Position numbers and translations under genes: made by a program. The notes under the pieces are model-generated. The model searched no databases. It saw only the letters and a program-made list of their open reading frames with translations, and was not told the DNA's origin. This document shows positions 50,958-63,189 of a stretch of DNA of 64,000 nt, piece by piece; position 1 is the first letter of the stretch; each line of letters starts with the position of its first letter. This DNA comes from Chrysemys picta bellii (Eukaryota), in the NCBI RefSeq assembly GCF_011386835.1, contig NC_088805.1, positions 27,094,001-27,158,000 of the forward strand, in the 5' to 3' direction.

Positions 50958-51690
50958 AAAACAACGAGGAGTCGTGGCACCTTAGAGTAACAAATTTATT
51001 TGGGCATAAGCTTTCGTGGGCTAAGACCCACTTCATCAGATGCATGGAGTGGAAAATACAGTAGCAAGTACATATACACAGTACATGAAAAGATGGGAGT
51101 TGCCTTACCAAGTGGGGGGTCAGTGCTAACAAGACAATTCAATTAAAGTGGAAGTAGACTATTCTCAACAGTAGAATACCAACGGAGGAAAAATCACTTT
51201 TGTAGTGGTAATGAAGGTGGCCTATTTCAAACAGTTGACAAGAAAGTGAGAGTAACAGTAGGGGGAAATTAGTATGGGGGAAATTAGTTTTTGTAATGAC
51301 CCATCCACTCCCAGTCTTTATTCAGGCCTAATTTGATGGTGTCCAGTTTGCAAATTAATTCCAGTTCTGCAGTTTCTCATTGGAGTATGTTTCAGAAGTT
51401 TTTTTGTTGAAGAATTGCCACTTTTAAGTCTGTTATTGAGTGACCAGGTAGATTCACTTCAATCTTCTGTTGAGAATAGCCTAGTTCCACTTTAATTGAA
51501 TTGTCTTGTTAGCACTGACCCCCCACTTGGTAAGGCAACTCCCATCTTTTCATGTACTGTGTATATATACCTGCTACTGTATTTTCCACTCCATGCATCT
51601 GATGAAGTGGGTTTAGCCCACAAAAGCTTATGCCCAAATAAATTTGTTAGTCTCTAAGGTGCCACAAGGACTCCTCGTTGTTTTTGCTGA
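50958..51690 (-). mobile_element. 5'-truncated Penelope-like element with inverted terminal (pLTR) duplication
   Basis: 13-bp TSD TATAGAAAGAACA (50945-50957, 51691-51703); about 215-bp inverted arms 50958-51171 and 51467-51685; GIY-YIG C-terminal remnant NLPGHSITDLKVAILQQKNF*..ETAELELICKLDTIKLGLNKD on minus 51292-51458. Confidence 0.9.
51004..51043 (-). ncRNA. Minimal type I hammerhead ribozyme motif in the PLE terminal repeat
   Basis: GCAU-CUGAUGA-A-GUGGG(UCUUAG)CCCAC-GAA-AGCU-U-AUGC: intact core, stem I GCAU/AUGC, stem II, palindromic AGCU stem III; activity untested. Confidence 0.72.
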
Positions 51691-52354
51691 TATAGAAAGA
51701 ACAGAGCACCACATGCAATTTGTGCACTGGGAAGTAAGTATAACTGGAAATTGACTTTATTTCAAGTTTCATAAAAGCTGCAGTGCTGATCTTCTCTACC
51801 AGCTATAAAAATGTTTCAAAGGTTTTTTTCAACCAAATATTTTGTCAAATGAAGGGAATTATGGAAATCAAGTCTATACTTATCACAACGTTACATGTAC
51901 ATGTTCATTTCTAAAAAAGTCAGTATTTTATATATTCTCTTCCCCAGTCACAGACATGATCCACATAAAATCTTCCTGCTTAAAAAACCTAGTTTGTATT
52001 AAATCCATCTACTTTTACAACACTGGTCATTTTTAATTCCAGCCATCTCTCTTTCTACTATATGATCATTAATATTGAATATTTTATTCTTTAAACATTA
52101 AAAAAAATTAATTAAGCCACAAAAGCATGCACATGCCTAAACTGAGACACTCATGTTGCCATCACTTTAACCCCTCCCTCATCACTCCATCCCTCTCTAC
52201 TATTTGTCTCCCTCATTCCCTCTTGTGCCAGGGCTGACCAAATTTAAGATTGTAAGCTCTTCACTGTACAGACTGTTTCTTTCTTTGTCTCTTTGAAGTT
52301 CCTTTCTGGCACTTCAAGAAAAATAAAAAGCAACATTCATGGATTGTTACTCAC

Positions 52355-52439
52355 TTTCAGGTTTTGAATCCACGACTGCATGTTGCATATCTTTCAGCTG
52401 CAGCTGCACTCTCTGCAGCCTCTGCTCTGCGTGGAACAG
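52355..52439 (-). CDS. IFT81: IFT81 exon 8
   Basis: Acceptor tcttttataag, donor gtgagt; LFHAEQRLQRVQLQLKDMQHAVVDSKPE(S); 85 nt. Confidence 0.95.
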
Positions 52440-53791
52440 CTTATAAAAGACAATTGACTCTATTGATATATGTACTCTTTTGAAACGCAACAACAAAATA
52501 TAATATCAACAAGATGCCCAAAATACAAAAAATGGTAACAGTTTGCACCTAGAGAACATCTGTTCCACAAGACAAAGGTAGTATGTTCTTACAATACAAA
52601 AACAAATGCTTCAACAATTAATTTAGTTTTATTTGTTGCATTTTAGAATTAAAGAATATAAACTTCTTGAGCTACATCTGAATGATTTTTTCTTTATGGC
52701 ACAAAAACTCATTTAACAATTTTTTTTAAATCAAAAGATGCTAGTGTTCATGAAGTATTCATGGACAAAAAACAGTAACTAGGATCAGGGAGAGTGAAGG
52801 GAGGTACTGGATAAGTATCCTTACAGTGCTTTGGCAATGCGGATGAGTTGTCGCAGCAACCCGCTATAATATTGAGCCAAGTTTGCAAAGACAATGCCAA
52901 GTTTGCTGCTAAACAGCACCTGCTTGAAAAGTATTTTTGTGATTTGGACAAATATCCACTAAAAAGTGAAACTAGCTGAACATCAAGTTCATTTTACTTG
53001 TGGTCTAATCCAGATGTCAAGCTAGGACTCAACCGCTGAAAGAATCCACTAACTTCTGCACAAGTGCCAAACACAAATGAAGCCTGCAATATTAAAATCT
53101 TCGACTTTTTCTTTCAGTACATTTTGCCAGTTTACGTTAGTCGTCAGAAGTTGGCTAGCTGGTATAATAAACAATGCCATCAAACAGCACTGGACTTCGT
53201 TAAAAAGTCTTGTTTTGTCAGTGTGACCTGTAAGCAAAATCCAGCCTGCCATTCTGATACCAACCACTTCCAATCAAGCATGTTATATCTATGATACACA
53301 TGCTCTTCAAGTTGGAAAGACAAAATCGCAAGGTTACTCTTGAACCCACATCCCACACAACAGGCTAGTGCAATGCCATTGTGTTTGTTTCTGCCATTTC
53401 CCATCTTTAATCTTAATGGAAACGCATACAAGTACAAACCACATCAAATCAATATTTCCTCACTACAATAAATTCAACCCTCTGTCTCTCAGAAATACAA
53501 TAATATGGCATAGAACACAGAGTTCTTAAGTGGCCTTGATGTCAGTAGCAGTTAAGACTGCCAAACAGTCTTGAGAGGTGCTCAGCACCTGCTGGATCAA
53601 GCCCCTAGTATAGAAATTTACTAAAATATTCCTATTAAAAATAGGTTTTAATTTCCTGGGGGAGCATATAGACACGGTCACCTAATATCATCTTCAGTGT
53701 TACTCTTTTAAAAACCTGCCTAGGGCTCATCCCCAAATAAAGCCAAACATTTATTTCCTTATGTTTAACAGATTTGCTTTTACATGGATAC

Positions 53792-53902
53792 CTGATTCTT
53801 TTGTTCTTGCTTCTGCTGGGCTAAAGATTCTTCTCTCTCTTTCTCTACTCGAAGCTGTCTTGCTATTTCAAGCATTCGTTGATGGTTTTGCACCGTCTCC
53901 AC
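53792..53902 (-). CDS. IFT81: IFT81 exon 7
   Basis: Acceptor tgtgctgtag, donor gtatcc; [37 protein letters not shown]; 111 nt. Confidence 0.96.
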
Positions 53903-54222
53903 CTACAGCACATGAATAAATAGTGCACGTTACTGTCAGATAGTTGAGAAATAAATTAGTGTGATCATATGTCTCACAAAGCCACTTAGCACTTCCTTTC
54001 CACATATATTGCTACTTAGAGATGACAGTAAGGCACTGGATTCAAGGTCCTTAAAAGCTTTGGACTATTGCCTAGGGAAGATTCCCTTTCCGTCAATTAG
54101 TTATTCAATTCCTTCCTCAGACATACAGCATGTTCATCTTAATCCTTGTTTGCATTCCTAAATCAGAGTTGCAAGCCAAGGACTGTGACACTGAAATGTT
54201 ACAATGTTACTTCTCTCATTAC

Positions 54223-54288
54223 CCTCTTCTTAAGACGCTCCACTCTCTTGATGAGCTGATCCTTCTCCTCTTCCATTGCAGTGATATC
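54223..54288 (-). CDS. IFT81: IFT81 exon 6
   Basis: Acceptor gctttgtag, donor gtaatg; DITAMEEEKDQLIKRVERLKKR; 66 nt. Confidence 0.96.
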
Positions 54289-55492
54289 CTACAAAGCAGC
54301 AAAAATAAACAAAATACTAATGTACTTACAATATTATATTATAATATAGGAGTTGAGCCAGATTCTGTTACAGTCACGTAAACGTGGAGTAAGCAAAATC
54401 TGAATCTGTCCTTTTACATACTGATACACTTGCAACTTCATTGATTCATGGTCTAATCATTCAAGGCTCCAGTCCCGCTCTCTCTTTCGTCTTATCACTC
54501 CAACCCTCATAATCTTTATGTAGAACAGGCTAGATGACAGCATAGCATTCACCATGTAATTATTGTGCACATTTAAAATGTGAGCACATGGATTTCTTTG
54601 ATGATTAGAAAAATAAAAACATGAAGACAACTCCAAATTCGATCCTGTAACATGTATGCCCTTAAAAGCTGCCATTATGTCCACTTCTATGCAGATAGAT
54701 GTTTGAATTCCAGTTTTGCATTCAGTTACATAAGAGAGCTGCATTCTGCCATTTTTCCAGTGAAATTACATTTAAAGAGATACAATGATGTGAGAAGAGA
54801 AACAGAGTAAAACAATGGAGAGACATCACTCTAAAAGAAGGGCAAGTGAGAACAGTAATCAGACCCATGGTTTATAAACAGTGACTATATATTTAGGCCA
54901 CAATCCAGCATAGCACTTAAACACATGCTTAACTTTAAGCACGCAAGCAGCCCCACTGAAAAGCTAGGCATGTGCTTTTCTCCATTAGGGTCTTTATGAA
55001 AATACCATTATTTAATAACACCACCACCTAGATTATCATAACTGAAATAACTTTTATAATTGAGTTTACTTTTCAACATTTCTGTTGCTTTCAACTGACT
55101 CCTAAGTCATTTAGGTGCTTCTGAAAATGTTACCCTACATTACTAAAGAAAGAGGTTTTATAGACAATGTGCGTTCTGAGGGAAATGTAGTGTTAGTATT
55201 TGAAAATCTATTATTGAGGCCAGTCCTATGTCTTGGCAGCACTGCTTCACAATGTGCTGCAGAAGACCTAGTTCTGAGCGTGACCTTAGGTCTCGTCTTC
55301 CTTTGTCAGCAGAGAACTAGTCCAGCTAAGCAGAACAAAGCTGCAGTATCTATTAGCACTGACCCGTACACACTAGGTACTGCAGTGGGCCCATGGAACT
55401 GATGAAAATGAAACAAACTGACTTAAGATACAATCTGGACAAAACTGTTGCAAATCTATGTTTCCTTTGGGTTGTTGTTTTTTTTTTTTTAC

Positions 55493-55582
55493 CCGTCTTA
55501 TTTCTGCAGTGGAGAAGCCAGAAGTCTTGAGCTGCTCACATTCCTTATGCAAGTTTTTAAAGGCTTCCATCAGATCTTCATA
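55493..55582 (-). CDS. IFT81: IFT81 exon 5
   Basis: Acceptor gttttgtag, donor gtaaaa; [30 protein letters not shown]; 90 nt. Confidence 0.96.
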
Positions 55583-56599
55583 CTACAAAACACAAGAGAA
55601 AGAAAAACTTCAAAGCCAGCACTGTACTAATAGGTTGCACATCACTGCATTGCTTTTTAGTAATACCATATGTGCACAAAGATCAGCAATGTGAACACAG
55701 GGTCATTTAGCTGTTTTCTCATCTGAAAAATAGTCAACATATAAAGCAGACATTCACATTTATTACATCATTGCAGGGAACAACCTTTTATTTGAGGGTG
55801 CCCTCAGGAACCCCACAATTTCTCCCCTGCTTTAATGCTTTTCTCAGTGACACATATTGCAGCCAACATAGTTCTAACTAAGGAAGACTTGCTTGGCTCC
55901 ATGGGGAGATAATCCATGTATGTCCTCAGTAAGAGTTATTGGTCGGTTGATGTATGGCTCTCCCTAGGTCTGAGTACACTTCCTGTGTAACCCTAACAGC
56001 CCAGAGAGGAAAATCTTGATCTGAGAATGCAAATACAAGTTTCACAAGCTTCTTGATCCTGCAAGGTTCTGACCACTTTGGCATCACTCCAACAAAGCAC
56101 TTAAGCACGTGAGTAATCCCATAGAATGTAATTGGGGCCAGAGTGCTTAGCCCTTGCAGAATTGAGACCAATGTGCTCAGATGCTACAGTGAGTGGGGCA
56201 GTACAAATACTACAATAGATTTGATAGAAGATAGTATACCACATGCTACTTCAAGACATTGCGTTCCCACCAGCGATCCTAAACTGAGAGTCAATGTGAA
56301 AGTAAGTGCAGGTAGAGAAATAATACCAGAAGACCTAGAGAGTTTAGAAATATAGATAGGAAATAAAATTAGATTAAATTTGGAAAAATGCAAACTAACA
56401 TCCAGGGAAAGATAATGCCCACAGAAACACAGACATTAAATAAGATGGAGAAATCTAAAAACTGACCTGCAAGTGCTCTCTTACTCCCTTGCAAGAGCAA
56501 ATTAGATATTAATCTTCAACACAATATGGGAAAAGTATCATATTTCAAAGCAGTGAAGTGATTATTCCTTTCTAAATAACTCTGGTGAGACAGCAACTG

Positions 56600-57385
56600 G
56601 AATACTACATTCTGTTCTAGGCACTTCAATATCAGACACATACTGACAAAGTGGAAGGAATTCAGAGAATAACAACAAAATTATTAAGGGCTTGAGGGAC
56701 TGATTTACAAGAAAATAGTAAAAGATGAAATACATGTAGCATGGCTAAGTGACAAATAGAGAGAGAGACACGATAAGATGTATGCATCAATGATGACAAG
56801 GAATTATTTACAAAGAGGTGGGAGTAGAAACATGACTAAGGGCTTGTCTATATGGGACATTACTTCATGACAAGCCAGATATTAATCTACAGTGGACACT
56901 ACTACTGCACACTAAAAGTTCCATAGTGTGCTTTGATGTAGTGTTGACTGAAACGGGATTATTTCAAAGTGCACTACAGAACTTTTAGTACACTGTGGTA
57001 CTGTCCATCTAGGACATTACTGTGCGTCCAACGGTTGCGCTATAGAGTCACACCCTGGCTTACTATGCAGTAACATCCTGTGTAAACAAGCCTTGGAGTA
57101 GTGGGGTGAAATTGTCGCCTTTAGGTACTATGGCAGTATAAATGATGATCAATAATAATAATACAAGAAAAATTGATGATGATGATAATGAAAGCTTTCA
57201 TATACAGAGATCAGTTAGTTTGTGGAACAGTTTCCAAGGGCAGTGATGGAAGTCCAGAGCTTGGGACATTTGAAATAGGACTGGCTAAAGCCCTAGAAAA
57301 GTATACTATAAACAACAATCTTGCACTGGTATCTGTGGATGATCAGATTATCTGGAAGGGCTTTTCCATTTCTATTTTCTATGAT
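56600..57385 (+). mobile_element. Old CR1-like fragment split by a MITE
   Basis: actgacaaagtggaaggaattcagagaataacaacaaaattattaagggcttgag and tgtggaacagtttccaagg..gtgatggaagtcc..tttctattttctatgat. Confidence 0.55.
56840..57093. mobile_element. PIF/Harbinger-type MITE
   Basis: TIRs gggcttgtctata / tgtaaacaagcct; left flank taa. Confidence 0.65.
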
Positions 57386-59130
57386 CCTTCTTCATTTGGG
57401 ATCCAGAGACACTGGATAGTTACATACTCATGGTGAAGTGTGCATAGTTGGTATTTTCTTTGGCTTTCTTTTGTTGCTTGACAGATTCCTCTTTCCAAAT
57501 GAGGCACTATCCAGGCAAGAGGCTGCACTCAGATGATCCACCTCTCAGTAGCTCATGGGCTGAGAGGCTTAAAGCCAATAGTATCCACAAGGGAAAGACT
57601 CAGTATTTCATGAATGGGGGATACACTTGAGTGAAGGCCAGTATAGTATGTTGGACCATAACAAGAGTATGGTTAGCCAGTTTCATTGCATGGAACTACC
57701 AGTGGCAGCTGGAGAAGGAGTACACACAGCACATGCAACAGGAGACACACACAAGCAACCCAAGAAAGCTTATAGGTTCAGTGATGGCATGACTATCAAT
57801 GCCATGGGGGCAAGTTCATCAGAGATTTAGGTCTATATTTTCTTGGTTATTTAATATAAACTACAGTAAATTTGATTTCCAGATCACAGCATAGCCTGGA
57901 AACTGGTAATTTCTTCAAGTCACTTGCTTAAGTAATTGGAAAAATACAATTAAGCAAAGTACCGTATACCAAAGAAACCTGCATTAGCTATGCTACTTCC
58001 AAGAAGTCATTTGTGAATTGTTGATGTCTGTCCCTAAAATACAATGTTGTACATTTGCATAGCCAGATACAGTCAGTGAAACTCGATTAACTTCATCAGC
58101 ATTTAAATACTCTCACATGGTAACGTCAAATTGCATAAAAGCTGGTATATTATTCCAGCTTCTATTTTGAACTAGTCATTACAGTATTAGTTTAATAATA
58201 TAGTTATATTATTCTAATCCCAAAAAGGAACACAATTTACGTAATGGAAACAAGAGAGTTGGATATTTATACAAATTAGGACTGCCACATACTGAACAAA
58301 CATACAATCTACATTCCTTTTTCTAACTGCTGCTTCTGTTTAGTTATTTTAAAGTTATAAAATCAGAGATTGACGATGGTAAACAAAAAAAAGGGGGAGG
58401 GGGCAGGGTTGTCCAAACCTGCATGCAGCTATACAGCTTTCGTGATGCATAAGTATAATGAGTGCTACTTGTTACAAACATTCCATAATATTGATTTCAT
58501 GAATGCCTGTACCTAATTAAATGCACTAAAAATACTGCATAGAAATTAAGTAACCATGTAACTCAGATAATAGAAATCTGAACACACATCTTAATTACAT
58601 TTCATTGGCTTTAAATTTCAGATTTCAGACCCACCCAATTTGATTACTTAAGATCCACATTTAAGGTTCACAAAAAAATGCTGGAATGTCATCCTTGACA
58701 ACTGAAGTCCTTTGTTTATCCACAGAACATAGATATCTGTCTGCTAGAAATTGGATAGCCCACCAATGCATTTTACTTGAGTAATCAAAAAGCAATCAGA
58801 AGACAATGGCATGTAGTCACTAATGTCCAGGGACAGATTACGAGTTACCTACAGTGAAAAACTCCCCGGCCTTGTCTAGAATAGGAAAAACGTATGTTAG
58901 CTCAGATATTAAAAACTTGGTCATGGTTTTTTAAAAGTGTTAAACCCTGTGTACATTAGGTGTTAACAAGGTTTTGAACACCACTTATTTAAAAGGTGTA
59001 GCTAACACACTTTTAAAAACACATTTTTTCTTAGTCTACTCAAGCAATAATCCCCTAAACCATCCCTTTTTGCCCTTCCTTTTACCTATTTTATTAATTT
59101 AAAATAATAGCCGGGTAGCAAATTCATCTA

Positions 59131-59352
<222 letters not shown>

Positions 59353-60151
59353 CTAAAGAACACTGCTTTGGAACAAACACTATTAGCAATTTTTATGATT
59401 CCCTCCCCCACCTGCTAATGCTTTTCTCTAATGTTGCTGCCAGTTTGCTGACCACAGACCTGATTCTGCTGCCCTTATGCAGGCAGAATTCCCACAGAAG
59501 TCAGTGAACAAAGATTGCAATGGATCTTGTGTTTCTGAGGTATCCTCCAGAAAACTAGAAGATCTGAGAATGGCCTGGGTTACCAAACTACAAAGTGGTA
59601 CAGGATGAGTGTAGTACAGACTGATGTGCCTGGTCTCTAAGGGAAGGTGATGACCCTACTAGTCATACAGCACCCTCTACTGGCTAACCTATTGAATATC
59701 ACAAGATACAAAAGCAAAGGTAGCACAACTGTGGAGCAAACCAACAAGGACAGGATTGAGAAGCAACTCCCAAACCCTTCAATTCTTTACTATCACAAGC
59801 AAAGTGTGCCATATACTATACATCTCCTAGGGGTTAATGGAAGAAATATTTTCAGAACATCTGCATATTAAGTGGAACAATCAGTTTCTATACTTGAGTG
59901 ATTGACACTACTATTTAAACAGTAGAATAAAACAATAACTTTTAAACAGAGATATATTGATGAATGAGTCTGAAAGTGAAAGAATTTGGTACAAATATAT
60001 AATTTTCTCTTTAAACCAAGAAAAGAATATTTGCAATGTCAGAAGAATTAATAAGACAGACCTTCAAGTAACAAATTATAAAATCTGAAGACATACAGTA
60101 TTTTTACATAGAGTAGATCATTTTAGTATTTGTCTGCAATTAAAATAGACA

Positions 60152-60894
60152 GTCAAAAAAGCAAACAGGATTTTAGGAGTCATTAAAAAAGGGATAGAGA
60201 ATAAGATGGAGAATATGTTATTGCCCTTGTATAAATCCATGGTATGCCCAATCTTGAATATTGCGTACTGATGTGGTCTCCTCATCTCAAAAAAGATATA
60301 CTGGCATTAGAAAAGGTTTAGAGAAGGGCAAATAAAATGATTAGGGGTTTGGAACAGGTCCCATATGAGGAGAGATTAAAGAGGCTAGGACTTTTCAGCT
60401 TGGAAAAGAGGAGACTAAGGGGGGATATGATAGAGGTATATAAAATCATGAGTGGTGTGGAGAAAGTGAATAAGGAAAAGTTATTTACTTGTTCCCATAA
60501 TATAAGAACTAGGGACCACCAAATGAAATTAATGGGCAGCAGGTTTAAAACAAAGAAAAGGAAGTCCTTCTTCACACAGTGCACAGTCAACCTGTGGAAC
60601 TCCTTGCCTGAGGAGGTTTTGAAGGCTAGGACTATAACAGGGTTTAAAAGAGAACTAGATAAATTCATGGAGGTTAAGTCCATTAATGGCTATTAGCCAG
60701 GATGGTAAGGAATGGTGTCCCTAGCCTCTGTTTGTCAGTGGGTGGAGATGGATGGCAGGAGAGAGATCACTTGATCATTACCTGTTAGGTTCACTCCCTC
60801 TGGGATACCTGGCATTGGTCACTGTCGGTAGACAGGATACTGCGCTGGATGGACCTTTGGTCTGACCCAGTATGGCCATTCTTATGTTCTTATG
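60152..60894 (+). mobile_element. Relatively young CR1 LINE 3' fragment
   Basis: 119-aa open ORF2 C-terminus (MIRGLEQVPYEERLKRLGLFSLEKRRLRGDMIEVYKIM...); ends (TTCTTATG)2. Confidence 0.95.
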
Positions 60895-60933
60895 ACTTAT
60901 TTTGCCATTATCTATAAACAAGCTGGTACTTAC

Positions 60934-61037
60934 AAGTCAGTAATACTTCCTGGAGGTTTGTATTTAAGGATACCAAGAAGGCTCAACATTCGTTTAGCTG
61001 TTTGCTCTGGCATCTCCTCTCTTATGTCAACAACATG
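60934..61037 (-). CDS. IFT81: IFT81 exon 3
   Basis: Acceptor tttgcttttcag, donor gtaagt; [34 protein letters not shown](L); 104 nt. Confidence 0.97.
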
Positions 61038-61868
61038 CTGAAAAGCAAAAAAAACAAATATTGTATTACCATGCATAGGTCAAATTGTTAGCCACACAGA
61101 TCTAAAGGAAGGGACTTGATCCACCCATTATATGATATATTATAACATGTGACTGACATAAGTGAGGTGTCACATACAGAACACCACTCTAAGAGCCAAA
61201 TTCTGACTCCCTTTGGACTCTTTCCCCATATGTGTGCTTAGGCAACTTTATTTCAGACCCATATTCTGGCTGGCCATAGGCCCACAGTCTGCCAGTCATA
61301 CAGATTACTTCTGCCAAGAGTAACAGTAATCCTGACAAGACGATTACATTGTGGGCAAGGTCATTACTCAGATATATGGCCCACACCTTCTGATCTAAAA
61401 ACCTATTCCCTTCCATAGGTCAGCACTCATAGAACCGGAAGTTGGATTGTGGACTGTCAGCTCCTTTGCTTTGTTGGGCACAAGGGTGAAAGTTGCATCC
61501 CAGAGTTCACTTTCTGATCATTTCCCACACTATACATGTGACCAACAGCCAGCCAGAATTTTGTCCTTTAGATGAAAGAAATGTAAATATGAATAAGATC
61601 AAGATTCACATTCTGATTTCTAATCAGAAATTTAAGATGGTTGGTCTTCAGCATTTTCTAGTTTGCCAAAAAATAACTAGATAGAAAGGATAATCTTCTG
61701 GATGTGCACATTTAACTCTTTAAGACTAGCACAATCTACATATGGAAAGCAAACATATGCCATAAAATATACAACATTAGCTGTAAATGGAGGTTTTCTG
61801 CATGATTTCTGCTTTCACCACTCTTGAGAGCAAGCCTTCTAATGCCCATGTTTAAACTCCATCCTTAC

Positions 61869-62012
61869 CTTTGGGTCAATCTCCCCCAGAACATCATTGA
61901 GAAGCTGCAATAGCTGCATTGACTCCAGTGAGTCAAATGTGATTAAATTATAGTTCTTCTTAAAAGGCTCCTTATTGAGCTTCTCAACAATTGATTTGAT
62001 TTGATCACTCAT
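61869..62012 (-). CDS. IFT81: IFT81 exon 2 coding part (start codon)
   Basis: [48 protein letters not shown] then donor gtaagg; acceptor ctcttttctgcag at 62035-62034 leaves 21 nt of 5'UTR in this exon; a second AG at 62023-62022 is a possible alternative acceptor. Confidence 0.97.
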
Positions 62013-62211
62013 AATTGGGTCCTGAAAATAATCCTGCAGAAAAGAGAGCGGGAGGGGGGAAAATCCACTCAGTAGAACAGATGTAATGACATATGTGAAC
62101 CTCTGTAGGCCATAAAACTCCTGTGATGGATGCATAGAGCTAGGGGGAGAGAGGGATGCTGCAAGATAGGAAGCACCCAAACCCTGTCTAATACATTGCC
62201 TTTTATCATGA

Positions 62212-62462
62212 GGGCTTATCTACACTTGAAACTGTAGCACTTCAGTGCAGACATTACCTACACCAGTAGGAGGAGTTTTCCCATGGGGATAGCTAATCCA
62301 CCTCAAGAGGTGGTAGTTAGGTCGATGGTAGAATTTTTCAATCGACCTAGAGCTGTCTACGAAAGGGTTACATTGACTTAACTAGTCATGCAGCAGTGTG
62401 GATTTTTCATACTCCTGAACGACCTAGCTGGGTTGACCTAACTTTTTAGTTTAGACCACAGA
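62212..62462. mobile_element. PIF/Harbinger-type MITE in intron 1
   Basis: gggcttatctacact / agtttagaccacag ends; internal similarity (reverse) to the 6917 copy. Confidence 0.6.
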
Positions 62463-62649
62463 AAGAAATGTACACTGAAACATTCGTATTTACTAGCAAA
62501 AAGTAGTTCATGGACTCAAGAAGCCCTTGTGGGTCATCCCAGCCTGGCTGCAATTACTGCATAGGGTCTCTGTAGCAGAGACCTTTATAGATACTAGATG
62601 GACCCCATAGCCTCCCCCACACAGAAACCGACCCCTGTGGGAGACAGAG

Positions 62650-62800
62650 GAACCCCAGATCCTCCCCCACAGCAGGGACTGACCCCAACGGGTGCCATGG
62701 GAATCCCAGATCCTCCCCACAGTGAGGAACAAGCCCTATGCACTCCAGTGGACCCCAGATCCTCCCCACAGCAGGGACTGACCCCTAGGAGTGCCGGGGG
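62650..62800 (+). repeat. Degenerate tandem repeat of about 50 bp, 3 copies
   Basis: CCCAGATCCTCCCC(C)ACAG units start near 62651, 62702 and 62751; units 1 and 3 share cagggactgacccc. Confidence 0.75.
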
Positions 62801-63189
62801 GGGTGTCTCATCATTCTGTACAGTGGGACTGATGGGGACCCTGTATCAATCCCCTCAGCAGAGACCGATTCCTTTGGGGACCTGGGGGAACCCATATCAA
62901 TTCTCACAGAGGGACCTGATCCCACTGGCTGCCGGGAGCCCCTGTATTCTTCCTTGCAACAGAGACCGACCCCCCGGGATGGTGGGGAGAGTCTGGATCC
63001 TTCTCCAGAGTAGGACACGCCCCCATAGCTGCCCGGGGCTCCCCATTTTACTCCCAACAGCCGGAACTGCTGGGATTGGGAACCTTGTATCTAGCCCATC
63101 ACCGGGGCCGACCGCAAGGGACCTCGGCGCTGCCCCCTGCAGGGGTCAGGCTGCTCGCCGGAGGACCCCACCCCCTCGCCCCAGCCCCC

